Shown here: positions 55,394 through 64,000 of the stretch, piece after piece
How the letters are laid out: each line of letters opens with the position of its first letter
Numbering within the stretch: the stretch's first letter is position 1
Source of the DNA: Deltaproteobacteria bacterium
GTDB lineage: Bacteria > Myxococcota_A > UBA9160 > SMWR01
Direction: 5' to 3'
NCBI GenBank assembly: GCA_032128115.1
Contig: JAQBHB010000093.1
Coordinates: 96,001-160,000, forward strand
Length of the DNA stretch: 64,000 nt
Program-made: the position numbers and the translations under genes
The notes under the pieces: model-generated
The model's input: the letters and a program-made list of their open reading frames with translations, nothing else
Databases searched by the model: none
What the model was told of the DNA's origin: nothing

Positions 55394-56470
55394 TCAATCG
55401 TGGGCCACCCGGCGCAGCAGCCCCAGCTGATCCAGGCAGCGCCCGCAGCCAATGATGACCGAACGCAGCGGATCCTCGGCGCGCGTGACGGGAAGCCCGG
55501 TCTCCCGTTCCAGGAGTCCATCCAGATCGCGCAGCAGGGCGCCACCGCCGGTGAGCACGATGCCCGTCTCGGTGATGTCGGAGGCCAGCTCGGGCGGGGT
55601 CCGCTCGAGAACGTTCCGGACGGCCTCGACGATGGCGCCCACCGGCTCCGCCAGGCATTCGTAGGTGTCGGCCGACGTCACCTGGATCGCTCTGGGTACG
55701 CCGGCCACCAGATCGCGGCCCTTGACGACCATCGGGCGTGCGTGGTCGGATGGAAGCGCGCTGCCGATCTCGAGCTTGATCAGCTCGGCGGTCGGTTCTC
55801 CGATCAGGAGATTCCTCTTGCGCTTCAGATATTGGACGATGGCCGCGTCCATCCGGTTGCCCCCAACGCGGATGCTACTCGCCACCACCACCCCAGCCAT
55901 CGAAATGACTGCGACCTGGGTGGTTCCGCCGCCGATGTCGACGATCAGGTGACCGGTGGGTTCATCCACCGGCAGACCCGCGCCGATGGCCGCGGCCATC
56001 GCCTCTTCAATCATGTAGACCTCGCGCGCGCCCGCAGAGATCGCGGACTCCCGCACGGCGCGACGCTCCACTTCCGTGATCCCGGACGGCACGGCCACCA
56101 GGATGCGGGGGCCCACCCACGAGGCGCTCGGCTGTGCTGTGCGGATTGCATGGCGCAGCATGGCCTCGGCCGTGGAAAAATCGGCGATCACGCCATCGTG
56201 GAGGGGACGGATCGCGGCGATGAATCCGGGGGTGCGCCCAAGCATGCGCTTGGCCTCGGCGCCTACCGCGAGCAGACGCGAATCGGCGACACGGACCGCC
56301 ACCACCGAGGGCTCGTTGAACACCACGCCCTTGCCTCGGACGAACACCAGCGTGTTGGCGGTGCCCAGATCGATGGCCAGGTCCGCGGCGAACCGATTCA
56401 AGAACTGGTGGGTGAACCGGCGTCCGGCGAACCGAGCGCGATCGAGCCAGGCGGCGGGGGGCTGCTGCAT
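55394..56470 (-). CDS. mreB: MreB/Mbl family actin-like protein (orphan copy)
   Basis: IDLGTANT, EPSVVA, GVIADF, VPSGITEVERRAV, DIGGGTT, TPPELASDI, LTGGGALL. Start uncertain. Confidence 0.9.
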   Translation of the reverse strand: MQQPPAAWLDRARFAGRRFTHQFLNRFAADLAIDLGTANTLVFVRGKGVVFNEPSVVAVRVADSRLLAVGAEAKRMLGRTPGFIAAIRPLHDGVIADFSTAEAMLRHAIRTAQPSASWVGPRILVAVPSGITEVERRAVRESAISAGAREVYMIEEAMAAAIGAGLPVDEPTGHLIVDIGGGTTQVAVISMAGVVVASSIRVGGNRMDAAIVQYLKRKRNLLIGEPTAELIKLEIGSALPSDHARPMVVKGRDLVAGVPRAIQVTSADTYECLAEPVGAIVEAVRNVLERTPPELASDITETGIVLTGGGALLRDLDGLLERETGLPVTRAEDPLRSVIIGCGRCLDQLGLLRRVAHD

Positions 56471-56563
56471 CCGATCTCTCTTCGGCCTCGTTCCGACGAC
56501 GAAACGCCAGCAGCCTGCCATCCGACGAACCACCGTTTATGTGATCCCGGACACACAGGGCCG

Positions 56564-56583
56564 TGAAAACATCAATGTTTTCA
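56564..56583. promoter_or_regulatory. AT-rich perfect inverted repeat upstream of mreB, candidate operator
   Basis: TGAAAACAT-CA-ATGTTTTCA in a roughly 70% GC background. Confidence 0.45.
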
Positions 56584-56616
56584 ATGTTGTGCGGAGTTCG
56601 GCTCATATGAGCCGGC

Positions 56617-59600
56617 TTACCACGCGAGGCGGATTCCGATCGCGAGCGACTGCTCGAACAGGTCCGAGTTCACGGCTGCCGTGTAGTCGGCGAACACCTG
56701 CAGATTCTCCTGGGTGATCACCGACCACGCCAGGCCGATCACGCCCACGTCGCGGGGAACCCGGGCGCCCACGACCGTGAAAGGGTTGCCGGGCGGAGGC
56801 GTCGTGTCCCCGCTGAAGGTGGTGGTGACCTGACGCGCACGGTCGCCGAACTCGTGGCTCCAGAGTCCCCGCAGCTCGGTGGTCATCACCGCGCCACCTT
56901 CCAGCTGAAGAGCGCCGTGCAGTCGCGCGCCCACGGCCCCCGCCAGGGAATCCAGGTTCTCGTCGCTCACGTTCAGGTTCAGGCCGTTCATCGAGCCGGT
57001 CTCGGTGTAGGAGTCCCGTTCCAGGTGGGCGTAGTCGAAGTAGGCGAGGGGTGCGACGGCCACACCCGCCAGGTTCCAGAGGTTGACCGAGGCATCCAGG
57101 CGGCCGCCGGCGTCCCAGCCATTGAAGTCGGCGGTCATGCGGTCGTCGATGGCGCCGAAGGCGACCCGGCGCGTGCTGTCCATGTCCTGGTAGGCGTAGC
57201 GCCCGGAGAGTCCAAGCTGGTAGCGCGGCGTCACCCAGCCGCCGTAGAGGCCGCCCTGGTAGGTGTTCGCGCTCCCCGAGCCGCTGCGCGAGTCGAAGCC
57301 GAGATCGGTTCGCGCGTAACCGAAGGCTCCGCCAAGCACGGCGTGGTTTGCGAAACGCCGGTCGAAACCCAGCGAGGTGCCCCCGATGGTGTATTCCAGG
57401 TCGCTGGTATTGCCGTCCCCGTCCAGGTCTCCCCGGATGCCGTAGCCGTCGATCCAGGCGCCGGGACCCGGGGTCCATACGTCGCTGGCGGGGCCGGCCA
57501 GCGCCAGCGCGGCCGACGCGGGCAGGGCGAGGGCGGGTGCTGCGGGCAGCAGGGGGCTGCGATCGCCCGATGCGCGCACGGCAGTCGACCACACGGCCTC
57601 CACGTCCCGGCCCGCAAGGCCCCGCATGCGCGAGTGCACGCCGCGCTCGAATCGATCGCGGATGGCCAGGCGCGTGGTGGCGAACTCGGTCAGCGTCTCG
57701 CCGCCCAGGTCGTCCAGGGCCTGGAGCACCCCGTCGGTGGTCAGGACATTCAGGCTTTCGAGCACGGAGTCGAGCCCGCTCGAAGCCTCCAGGGCCGCGG
57801 CCACCGAGTTCTGGTTGGGGGTCTGGGCGATGTCGGAAAGCGTCAGTCCGTTGGACTCGATGGTGAGGTTCACCTCGCTCGGACTGGCACAGAACTGGTC
57901 CAGCGAGGTGGTCAGGAACGCGAAGCTGGGCGTGAGGAAGTCGAAGGTGCCGGTTACGGCAGCTGCGGGAACAAGCAAGACAGTCGCGGTGACGGGGGCG
58001 GTATAGGTGCCGGGTTTGGGAACCACGTTTACCGAGGCGCCGGGATTGATGCTGGTGTTGAGGGTCCTCAGCAAGTCCGCGTTTCCCAGCTCGTCCACCT
58101 CCACCTCGAACACCGAGCCGGACTCGAAGACCACGGCGCCCACATCCAGCGTCCCAATCGGGTTTCCCGGAGCCGGGTTTCCCGGAGCCACGGTGCCCTG
58201 GACGGTTACCGTACCCGCCACCGTGCCCGTTCCGCCCAGGGTGGCGCCGGCTGCGACGGTGACGTCGCTGGTGAGTCCCTTCACGTCCAGGCGGCCGGCC
58301 GACACGGTGGTGTCGCCGGTGTAGGTCTGCGGGACGCCGAAGGCCAGGCGCCCGGCGCCGGTCTTCTCGAAGGTTCCGCCGCCGCTGATGATGTTTGCGT
58401 AGGTGTCATCGCTCGCCTGGTCGAAGATCAGGGCGCCGCCGTTGGCGATGTCGCCCGGGATGCTGTCCGCGTTGCCGCGCAGGGTGCCTGCGCCGATGGT
58501 CGTGCCGCCCGTGTAGCTGTTGGTGCCGTTCATCGTCAGCTGGAAGCTGCCGGTCTTGACGACGCTTCCGCTGCCGCTGAGGTCGCCCGAGTAGGTGCCG
58601 TTCGCGGTGTCCTGATCGAACTCGACGACGGCGTCGTTGACGATGTCGCCCTGCAGGCTCGCGGTATCTCCCATCAGGGTGCCCGCCGTGACGGTGGTGC
58701 CGCCGCTGTAGGTGTTGGTGCCCGTGAGGATCAGGGTCGCGATTCCGCGCTTCTCGAGTGCACCGGCGCCGGTGATGTTGCCCGTGTGGGTGCCGTTCGT
58801 CGGGTCCTGGTCGAACACCATCACGGCGCCCGAGGAGATGCTCACGGCACCCGGGATGCTGTCCGTATCGCCCACCAGGGTGCCCGCCGCCACCAGCGTG
58901 CCGCCCGTGTAGGTATTGGTGCCGTCCATCTCCAGCTCGAAAGTGCCACTCTTGATCACCCCGCCCACACCACTGATGGCTCCGGAATACACACCGTCCA
59001 TCACCGAGTCGTCCTGGAAGAACTCGAGGACGGAATTGTTCACGATGTTGCCCTGGAGGCTCACGTGGTTTCCCGTCAGGACTCCTGCCGTGATGGTGGT
59101 GCCGCCGGTGTAGGTGTTGGCGCCGGTCAGCTGGAGGGTGCCGGCGCCGAGCTTCTGGAGTGCACCGTCGCCCTCGAGGAGATCGGCGAAGACCGAGACC
59201 AGGGGAACGTCGAAGCTGACCTGGCTGCCGACCCCGATCCCGATGTCGCCGTTGCTGAGGAGCAGATCCACCACCGAAGTCACCCCGACGGTCACGGCAA
59301 ACAGATCCATGCCGTCGCCTTCGAGAATCAGGTTGTCGGCAGTGGCGCCGTTGATTCGCAGGGTCCGGGTGATGTCGGGCAGGGGCGTGAGCAGGGTGAT
59401 GGTGTCCGGCCCCGGTGAAGGCGCGGGCCCGGGGCCCGCCAGGCGGAACACGATGTCGTTGCTGACGTCGGCCGACGCGTTGGCGTCGAGAACGGCCTGA
59501 CGCAGGGAGCCGGGGCCGGAATTGCCGGTGTTCGTCACCTGAAAGCTTGCGGCGCGGGCGGTGCCGACCGGAACCGGACAGAGCGCCAGGACGGCTGCCA

Positions 59601-59631
59601 GGCTCAGCAGGCGGGTGGAGTGGGAGGACAC
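56617..59631 (-). CDS. Autotransporter (type Va) with five passenger-associated (PATR) repeats
   Basis: Signal peptide ending ARA, VTNTGNSGPGSLRQAV, five repeats like K-x-G-x-G-T-L-x-L-T-G-x-N-T-Y-T-G-G-T, AQTPNQ, beta-barrel ending in IRLAW. Start GTG 59631 or ATG 59691. Confidence 0.93.
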   Translation of the reverse strand: MSSHSTRLLSLAAVLALCPVPVGTARAASFQVTNTGNSGPGSLRQAVLDANASADVSNDIVFRLAGPGPAPSPGPDTITLLTPLPDITRTLRINGATADNLILEGDGMDLFAVTVGVTSVVDLLLSNGDIGIGVGSQVSFDVPLVSVFADLLEGDGALQKLGAGTLQLTGANTYTGGTTITAGVLTGNHVSLQGNIVNNSVLEFFQDDSVMDGVYSGAISGVGGVIKSGTFELEMDGTNTYTGGTLVAAGTLVGDTDSIPGAVSISSGAVMVFDQDPTNGTHTGNITGAGALEKRGIATLILTGTNTYSGGTTVTAGTLMGDTASLQGDIVNDAVVEFDQDTANGTYSGDLSGSGSVVKTGSFQLTMNGTNSYTGGTTIGAGTLRGNADSIPGDIANGGALIFDQASDDTYANIISGGGTFEKTGAGRLAFGVPQTYTGDTTVSAGRLDVKGLTSDVTVAAGATLGGTGTVAGTVTVQGTVAPGNPAPGNPIGTLDVGAVVFESGSVFEVEVDELGNADLLRTLNTSINPGASVNVVPKPGTYTAPVTATVLLVPAAAVTGTFDFLTPSFAFLTTSLDQFCASPSEVNLTIESNGLTLSDIAQTPNQNSVAAALEASSGLDSVLESLNVLTTDGVLQALDDLGGETLTEFATTRLAIRDRFERGVHSRMRGLAGRDVEAVWSTAVRASGDRSPLLPAAPALALPASAALALAGPASDVWTPGPGAWIDGYGIRGDLDGDGNTSDLEYTIGGTSLGFDRRFANHAVLGGAFGYARTDLGFDSRSGSGSANTYQGGLYGGWVTPRYQLGLSGRYAYQDMDSTRRVAFGAIDDRMTADFNGWDAGGRLDASVNLWNLAGVAVAPLAYFDYAHLERDSYTETGSMNGLNLNVSDENLDSLAGAVGARLHGALQLEGGAVMTTELRGLWSHEFGDRARQVTTTFSGDTTPPPGNPFTVVGARVPRDVGVIGLAWSVITQENLQVFADYTAAVNSDLFEQSLAIGIRLAW

Positions 59632-59987
59632 GGGAGTGGGCAGCAACCGAGGGTGATCAAACAGGGTTTGGTCAAACTGCCACGTTGCCATGCGCAGATG
59701 CAAGTCCGGCTTTCCCGGGATTGCCTGCAGATCGTTGCGCGTGGGTTGCGCATCGGGAGAAAACCCTCGCCCCGGGCAACGCCTGGGCAGAACCCTCCGA
59801 AACGTCCGACAAACAGTATTGTTTGTGACATCTGGAGGATCGGGCATGGGTGCCGGTTCCAGCGCACGCCTTGCGGCGGCGGGGGAACCAGGCGCAGACT
59901 GGCGCGGTCCGGGGAAGGCTTTCGGGGGGAGGCGTCATCCCGGCTCGATCAGACACTCGGCGTTTCGCGATCTGGGGCGCCCGCCCG

Positions 59988-61529
59988 GTGGGGCGGCTTG
60001 CCCTCGCGGCGATCTTTGCGCTCGCCGGCCCCCTCCGCGCCCACGCCGAGCGGGTGATTCCGTCAGAACTCGTGACGACCCGGGTGGTCGTCCGCGCCGA
60101 GTCCCGAGGCGGCGCGGAAGAAGTGGGCAGCCTGCCCCGCGGCGGGTATGCGCGCTACGTCTCCAGCGAGGGTGACTGGCACCGCGTTCGATTGCCGGAC
60201 GGCACGCCAGGCTATGTGAGCGCGGGCTGGACGAAGCTGCAAGCCGATCCGCCGCCGCTGCCCAGGGTCGGCGCCGGCCCTGCGCCGGGCATGGCCCAGA
60301 TGCTGCGGGACGGCCTGCTCTCGCTCGTGGGCCTCGAGCCCCGGGTGGGCTTCGACCTCCAGGACCCGGTCCCCGGGCTCACGCTGTACCAGCACTATGA
60401 CCCGAACCTCCCGGTAGCGGGCCTGGCCACGGCCCTGGGCGCCCTGGGCGAATACGACGTGATGCTGGTGATCGACGTCTCCACGTCCACCAGCGAATTC
60501 GCCGAGGCCGACGTCAATGGCGACGGCCGCGAGGACGACAGCTGGGAGGGCAGCGACTCGATCCTCAAGGCCCAGGTCGTCGCCGCCAGCAACTTCGTGA
60601 ACACCCTGCACCGCCTGCCGCGCAACCACGATGGCAGCCGCATCCGCATAGGCGTGGTGACCTTCTCGGGTGACGAGCGATACCAGCTCAGAGCCCTGGA
60701 CCGGGGTTTCAAGTCCACGCCCGACCGGATCTACGAACTGGCCCATCGGGACGCCGAGCTGCAGGTTCCGCTCACGAACGACTACCGGGCGGTGCGCCGC
60801 GCGCTCAAAAAACTCGGACGCATGACGCCCGTGGGAACCACGGACTTCGCCGCGGGGATCGGCCTCGCCATGATCGAGCTCCAGAATCTGGAGGACCACG
60901 GCGCCGCGAGCCTTCCGAGGCCCACGGCCCAGAAGGCCATCCTGTTCATGACGGATGGCAAGCCGCGCCTGCCCTACGACCGGCACAAGGGAGAGGCGGC
61001 GGCCCTGTATGCGGCCAAGATGGCGTCCGACGCCGACATCCGGATCAACGCCTTCGCCCTGGGCAAGAACGTCGTGACCCGGAAGTTCAACTACGCCATG
61101 AAACGCATGTCGCGCCGGACCCACGGCAATTTCGTCGAGCTGGCGAATCCGGGCGACATCGTCACGATCTTGAACGCCACCTCGTTCGGATTCGTCGACC
61201 GGGTGAAGCTCATCAATCGAACCACCGACCGCGAAACGCGCTACATCGCCACCGGGATCGACGGCTCCTTCTACGGCGAGGTGCCCCTGGAAGAGGGTGA
61301 GAACGAGATCCGCATCATCGCCATGCTTCACGACGACGAGCAGGCGCAGCAGACCTTCACCATCCGATACCGGCACGCCCCGCCCATCGCCGAGCTGGTG
61401 GACGCCCTGGGCAAGGTCCGGGACGAAAACGAAGCCCTGATTTCCGAGATCAAGGCCCGTCTCGCCGCCGAAATGGAGGCCTCGCGCGCCGAGCAGAGCA
61501 AGCAGCTGGATCTCGGCCCCGAGCGCTGA
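59988..61529 (+). CDS. Secreted SH3 plus VWA-domain protein (paralog of 19965-21296)
   Basis: Signal peptide ending AHA, SH3b (WHRVRLPDGTPGYVS), DVSTS, DVNGDG, GTTDFAAGI, MTDG, coiled-coil tail. Start uncertain. Confidence 0.82.
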   Translation: MGRLALAAIFALAGPLRAHAERVIPSELVTTRVVVRAESRGGAEEVGSLPRGGYARYVSSEGDWHRVRLPDGTPGYVSAGWTKLQADPPPLPRVGAGPAPGMAQMLRDGLLSLVGLEPRVGFDLQDPVPGLTLYQHYDPNLPVAGLATALGALGEYDVMLVIDVSTSTSEFAEADVNGDGREDDSWEGSDSILKAQVVAASNFVNTLHRLPRNHDGSRIRIGVVTFSGDERYQLRALDRGFKSTPDRIYELAHRDAELQVPLTNDYRAVRRALKKLGRMTPVGTTDFAAGIGLAMIELQNLEDHGAASLPRPTAQKAILFMTDGKPRLPYDRHKGEAAALYAAKMASDADIRINAFALGKNVVTRKFNYAMKRMSRRTHGNFVELANPGDIVTILNATSFGFVDRVKLINRTTDRETRYIATGIDGSFYGEVPLEEGENEIRIIAMLHDDEQAQQTFTIRYRHAPPIAELVDALGKVRDENEALISEIKARLAAEMEASRAEQSKQLDLGPER

Positions 61530-61570
61530 TCCGCCGGCAGCCGTCCGCCCCGCCATTCCCGATCGCTCGC

Positions 61571-61598
61571 GACGCCGCAAAGGGGTCTTGCGGCGTTT
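61571..61598 (+). terminator. Candidate intrinsic terminator
   Basis: ACGCCGCAA-AGGGGTC-TTGCGGCGT, a 9-bp stem about 40 nt after the VWA stop. The U tract is short. Confidence 0.45.
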
Positions 61599-61783
61599 GC
61601 TAGCGCGGCCCGGACCTTCGGCGACAGAGCTGCGCGTGGACGAACCCGATCTGCAGATTCGTTGCCGATGGAATTCCGACACTAAAACGCCACTTGAGGT
61701 GCAGGAGTTCAAGAAACTCCTTCGAGTTCTCGATGAGTTTCAACAGGCCATGACCCGCCGGAAGTCGGAGGGCTTCGGGCCCC

Positions 61784-62542
61784 ATGAGGACGCAAGGAAT
61801 CGATTCCGTGAACCGAAAGCGACTGGTTGGCCGCGCCCTGTGGCTCCTGACGGCGGTGTGGCTCCTGACGGCGGTGTGGGCGGCGCCCGCATTGGCGATC
61901 CCCGTGGATTGGAACAACGCCACCACGCGAAACGTCGGCGTCATGATCGAAGTGTCGGATTCCGACGCCCCCAGCAACACCCCGGGCGTTCTCGATAGCG
62001 AGTGGACCGCGGTGCTGGTGGGCACCTACAGCTCGGATGGCACGACCGCCCAGGTCGTGATCGCTGCGGCAGACGTGGAGAGCGCGGTCACGGCCGCGGG
62101 CTTCGCTCCCGTGGCGGGCAGCTTCAGTACCTACGTCTGGAACATCGACGTCGCCACCCCGACCACCCGTGACGCAGCCTTCACGGGCGACGTGACCATC
62201 AGTGCCATTACCGTGAGCTGGACCAACAGCGTTGACTCGAGCCTGACCGGCGGCTACATCGATCCCGCGTCGATGGCCGGCATGGATTTCGACTACTGGC
62301 AGTGGTGCACGGCGGCCACGATGCTCGGGATGGGCGAGACCTGCCAGAGCGTGGCCGGCATCGTCGGGACCAACGCCTGGGCGTGGACCGACGGCATGGG
62401 CACGGCCCAGAGCGCCACGGCCTTCAGCCCCTGGGGCGAGGTGGTCTTCTCCGAGGTTCCGGAGCCGAAGCCGGTGCTGCTGATGGGGCTCGGCCTGGGT
62501 GGCCTGGCGATCCTGTCTCAGAGGCGCCGGCGAGTGGTCTGA
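61784..62542 (+). CDS. PEP-CTERM sorting domain protein
   Basis: Signal peptide ending ALA, Thr/Ser/Asp-rich body, C-terminal VPEPKPVLLMGLGLGGLAILSQRRRR. Alternative start GTG 61808. Confidence 0.92.
   Translation: MRTQGIDSVNRKRLVGRALWLLTAVWLLTAVWAAPALAIPVDWNNATTRNVGVMIEVSDSDAPSNTPGVLDSEWTAVLVGTYSSDGTTAQVVIAAADVESAVTAAGFAPVAGSFSTYVWNIDVATPTTRDAAFTGDVTISAITVSWTNSVDSSLTGGYIDPASMAGMDFDYWQWCTAATMLGMGETCQSVAGIVGTNAWAWTDGMGTAQSATAFSPWGEVVFSEVPEPKPVLLMGLGLGGLAILSQRRRRVV
61839..61879. repeat. Perfect 18-bp tandem repeat x2.3 in the signal peptide
   Basis: TGTGGCTCCTGACGGCGG x2 then TGTGG, encoding WLLTAV twice. Confidence 0.93.
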
Positions 62543-64000
62543 GCGCCGGCGATCTCCACTGCAAGCCGATCCCGCAACGCCACGAGTTCCTCGTCCTCGG
62601 AAATCTCCGACACCGCCGCCGCCACCTGATCGAGCAGCGCGTGGCGGGAATCCGCTGGGCTGCTGCGAACCACCTCCAGCAGGGTGGCCAGGGCGAGGTG
62701 CACTTCGCCCAGGCGGTTCAGCACCCGCGCCCGCGCCACCACATCTTCCATCATGTGACTCTGGGGCAGGAGGCGATCGATCAATGCGAGGGCACTGCGC
62801 AACTCCGGAGCCTCCCCGCGTTCGAGCCGCCAACCGGCGCGCAGACGCAGGGCGTCGGGCGCCAGGGGATGGCCCGACGGGATCGCTCGCAGGTCGGTTT
62901 CGAGTGCGGCGACGCCTGCCCAGTCCGAGGCAGCGGCACGGGACCAGGCCTCGAGCACGCTCGTGACGGCCGCGAGCTGCGGAGCGCCGGGCACGTCGCG
63001 ACGGGTGGCCCGTGCCAGGGCTGCCCGAGCCTCGACCCGACCGGGATCCAGCTCCACCGCGCGGCGCAGGTGGGCGACGCCGCCGGCGGTGTCGCCGCGC
63101 GCCATGGCCACCAGACCGAGACACGTCTCGCGCCGTGCCGAGCCGGCCACGCGGTCGGCCACCTGCCGGGCGCGATCCAATTCGCCGTTCAGCAGCAGGC
63201 GGCGCACCACCCGGGCGGCGTCCCAATCGGAGCGCACCCGCAGCAGCGGATCGTTGCGACCCACCAGCGACGCCAGGGTCACGGGGTTCAGCGACCGGGA
63301 CAACACCCGGGGTGACTGGATCTGGAAACGGTTGTGGTCGTCGCGACTCACCGGCGCCCCTTCCGCCAGGCTTCGGGTGCCGGATTCGTCGAGCAGAAGC
63401 ATCGCCGCCAGGTCTTCCGGGGCATAGACGCCCACGGCGGCGAAGGCGTCCGGATCGCTCGCGAGGGCGTGGCTGCTGGTGGCTTCGGCCGGCAACGGTT
63501 GCTGGGAGGCCAGCGCCACGATCGAGCTCCCCACGCGAATCCCGTAGAAGCGCACGTGGTCGAAGCTGTCGTTCAGCGTGGCGGCCAGGCTGCGCAGCAG
63601 GCTCTCATCCACGAAGTCGAGGCCCATCCACAACGCGAACACGCCGCCCGGCTCGAGGCGCCGGCTCACGAGTTCGAAGAACTCCCGGGTGAACAGGTGG
63701 GAGGCACCGGCCGTCCAGGGATGCGAGGGCTGGGAGACGATGGCGTCGTAGCGGCGATCGGAGAGCTGCAGGGCGCCCCGCGCGTCGTTCACGTGGATCC
63801 GCACGCGCGGATCCGAGAGGGGATCGAAGCCCCGTTTGTCGGCCACTGCCCGGTTGGCCTCGATGATCTGCGGCTCGATCTCGACCACGTCGATGGAGGT
63901 GACGGAACGAGGGACGGCTTCCACGGTCGAGCCCGCGCCCAGTCCGATCAGGAGCAGCGAGCGGGTCTCGGGGCGCGCCAGCACCGGCAGGGCGCCCAGC
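62518..64000 (-). CDS. Spermidine-synthase-like methyltransferase-fold protein with C-terminal TPRs, partial (runs off the window end)
   Basis: LLIGLGAGST, VVEIEP, NDARGAL, YDAIVSQPSHPW, LFTREFF, DDHN. The frame is open to the window edge. Confidence 0.88.
   Translation of the reverse strand, partial: LGALPVLARPETRSLLLIGLGAGSTVEAVPRSVTSIDVVEIEPQIIEANRAVADKRGFDPLSDPRVRIHVNDARGALQLSDRRYDAIVSQPSHPWTAGASHLFTREFFELVSRRLEPGGVFALWMGLDFVDESLLRSLAATLNDSFDHVRFYGIRVGSSIVALASQQPLPAEATSSHALASDPDAFAAVGVYAPEDLAAMLLLDESGTRSLAEGAPVSRDDHNRFQIQSPRVLSRSLNPVTLASLVGRNDPLLRVRSDWDAARVVRRLLLNGELDRARQVADRVAGSARRETCLGLVAMARGDTAGGVAHLRRAVELDPGRVEARAALARATRRDVPGAPQLAAVTSVLEAWSRAAASDWAGVAALETDLRAIPSGHPLAPDALRLRAGWRLERGEAPELRSALALIDRLLPQSHMMEDVVARARVLNRLGEVHLALATLLEVVRSSPADSRHALLDQVAAAVSEISEDEELVALRDRLAVEIAGAQTTRRRL

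Noticed and set aside
553..59418. Long antisense or alternative-frame ORFs (e.g. 553-2568, 22829-25462, 25335-27584, 47539-49836, 50984-53293, 56854-59418)
   Set aside because: They are shadows of well-supported genes, expected in high-GC DNA with few stop codons, and show no recognisable motifs.
59695..59730. c-di-GMP-I riboswitch-like GGCAA...GAAA...GCA upstream of the autotransporter (minus strand)
   Set aside because: It lacks the GGCAAAC and GACGCAAA consensus and a convincing second stem. A cmscan run would settle it.
36131..59814. Shared 16-mer GAAACRTCCGACAMAC at 36131 and 59799, plus TCCGACAC at 61675
   Set aside because: By rough estimate about one 14/16 match is expected by chance among this window's intergenic DNA. 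It is unsupported without a genome-wide scan.
2662..62542. Frequent convergent 3' overlaps (2662-2676, 34869-34879, 40449-40504, 51161-51176, 62518-62542)
   Set aside because: These are common in compact high-GC genomes, and there is no evidence of antisense regulation.
1..64000. tRNA, rRNA, IS, integrase, prophage or reverse-transcriptase systems
   Set aside because: I recognised no such motifs or structures on either strand. tRNAscan-SE and cmscan were not run.

Overview
GC-rich, gene-dense bacterial window with about 45 CDS. I found no rRNA, tRNA, CRISPR array or IS. The gene content (PEP-CTERM, exosortase, LptFG, autotransporter, MMPL) suggests a diderm of Myxococcota/Deltaproteobacteria type; this is inference only. 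It is mostly a cell-envelope region. Main blocks: (1) 1-8065: surface-glycosylation cluster with a NoeA-like gene, a YVDPG micro-protein, three GT-C glycosyltransferases and an archaeal-type STT3/AglB whose WWDYG motif reads PWPIG. (2) lpdA, ogt and a PPOX oxidoreductase. (3) Exosortase, partner membrane protein, HelD-like ATPase and TPR/Sel1 genes. (4) 19965-33731: VWA and Sel1/TPR genes, then a type-I-secretion-like module (GAF-MFP, PqqD-M50-MFP, truncated secondary SecA, MFP) followed by a diguanylate cyclase and a methyltransferase. (5) 36357-46086: 2OG oxygenase, sulfotransferase, ELM1 and glycosyltransferase locus next to a fused LptF-LptG. (6) MMPL, SGNH hydrolase and a Thr-type sulfatase-fold gene. 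(7) A likely selenoprotein missed by the ORF track (52583-53185, minus): a redoxin with in-frame UGA in a W-U-P-F-T motif and a SECIS-like hairpin just downstream. (8) Amidohydrolase, orphan mreB, PATR autotransporter, SH3-VWA, PEP-CTERM protein and a partial spermidine-synthase-like gene. Short tandem duplications recur at divergent promoters and gene ends. All family calls come from motif recognition by eye; no searches were run.
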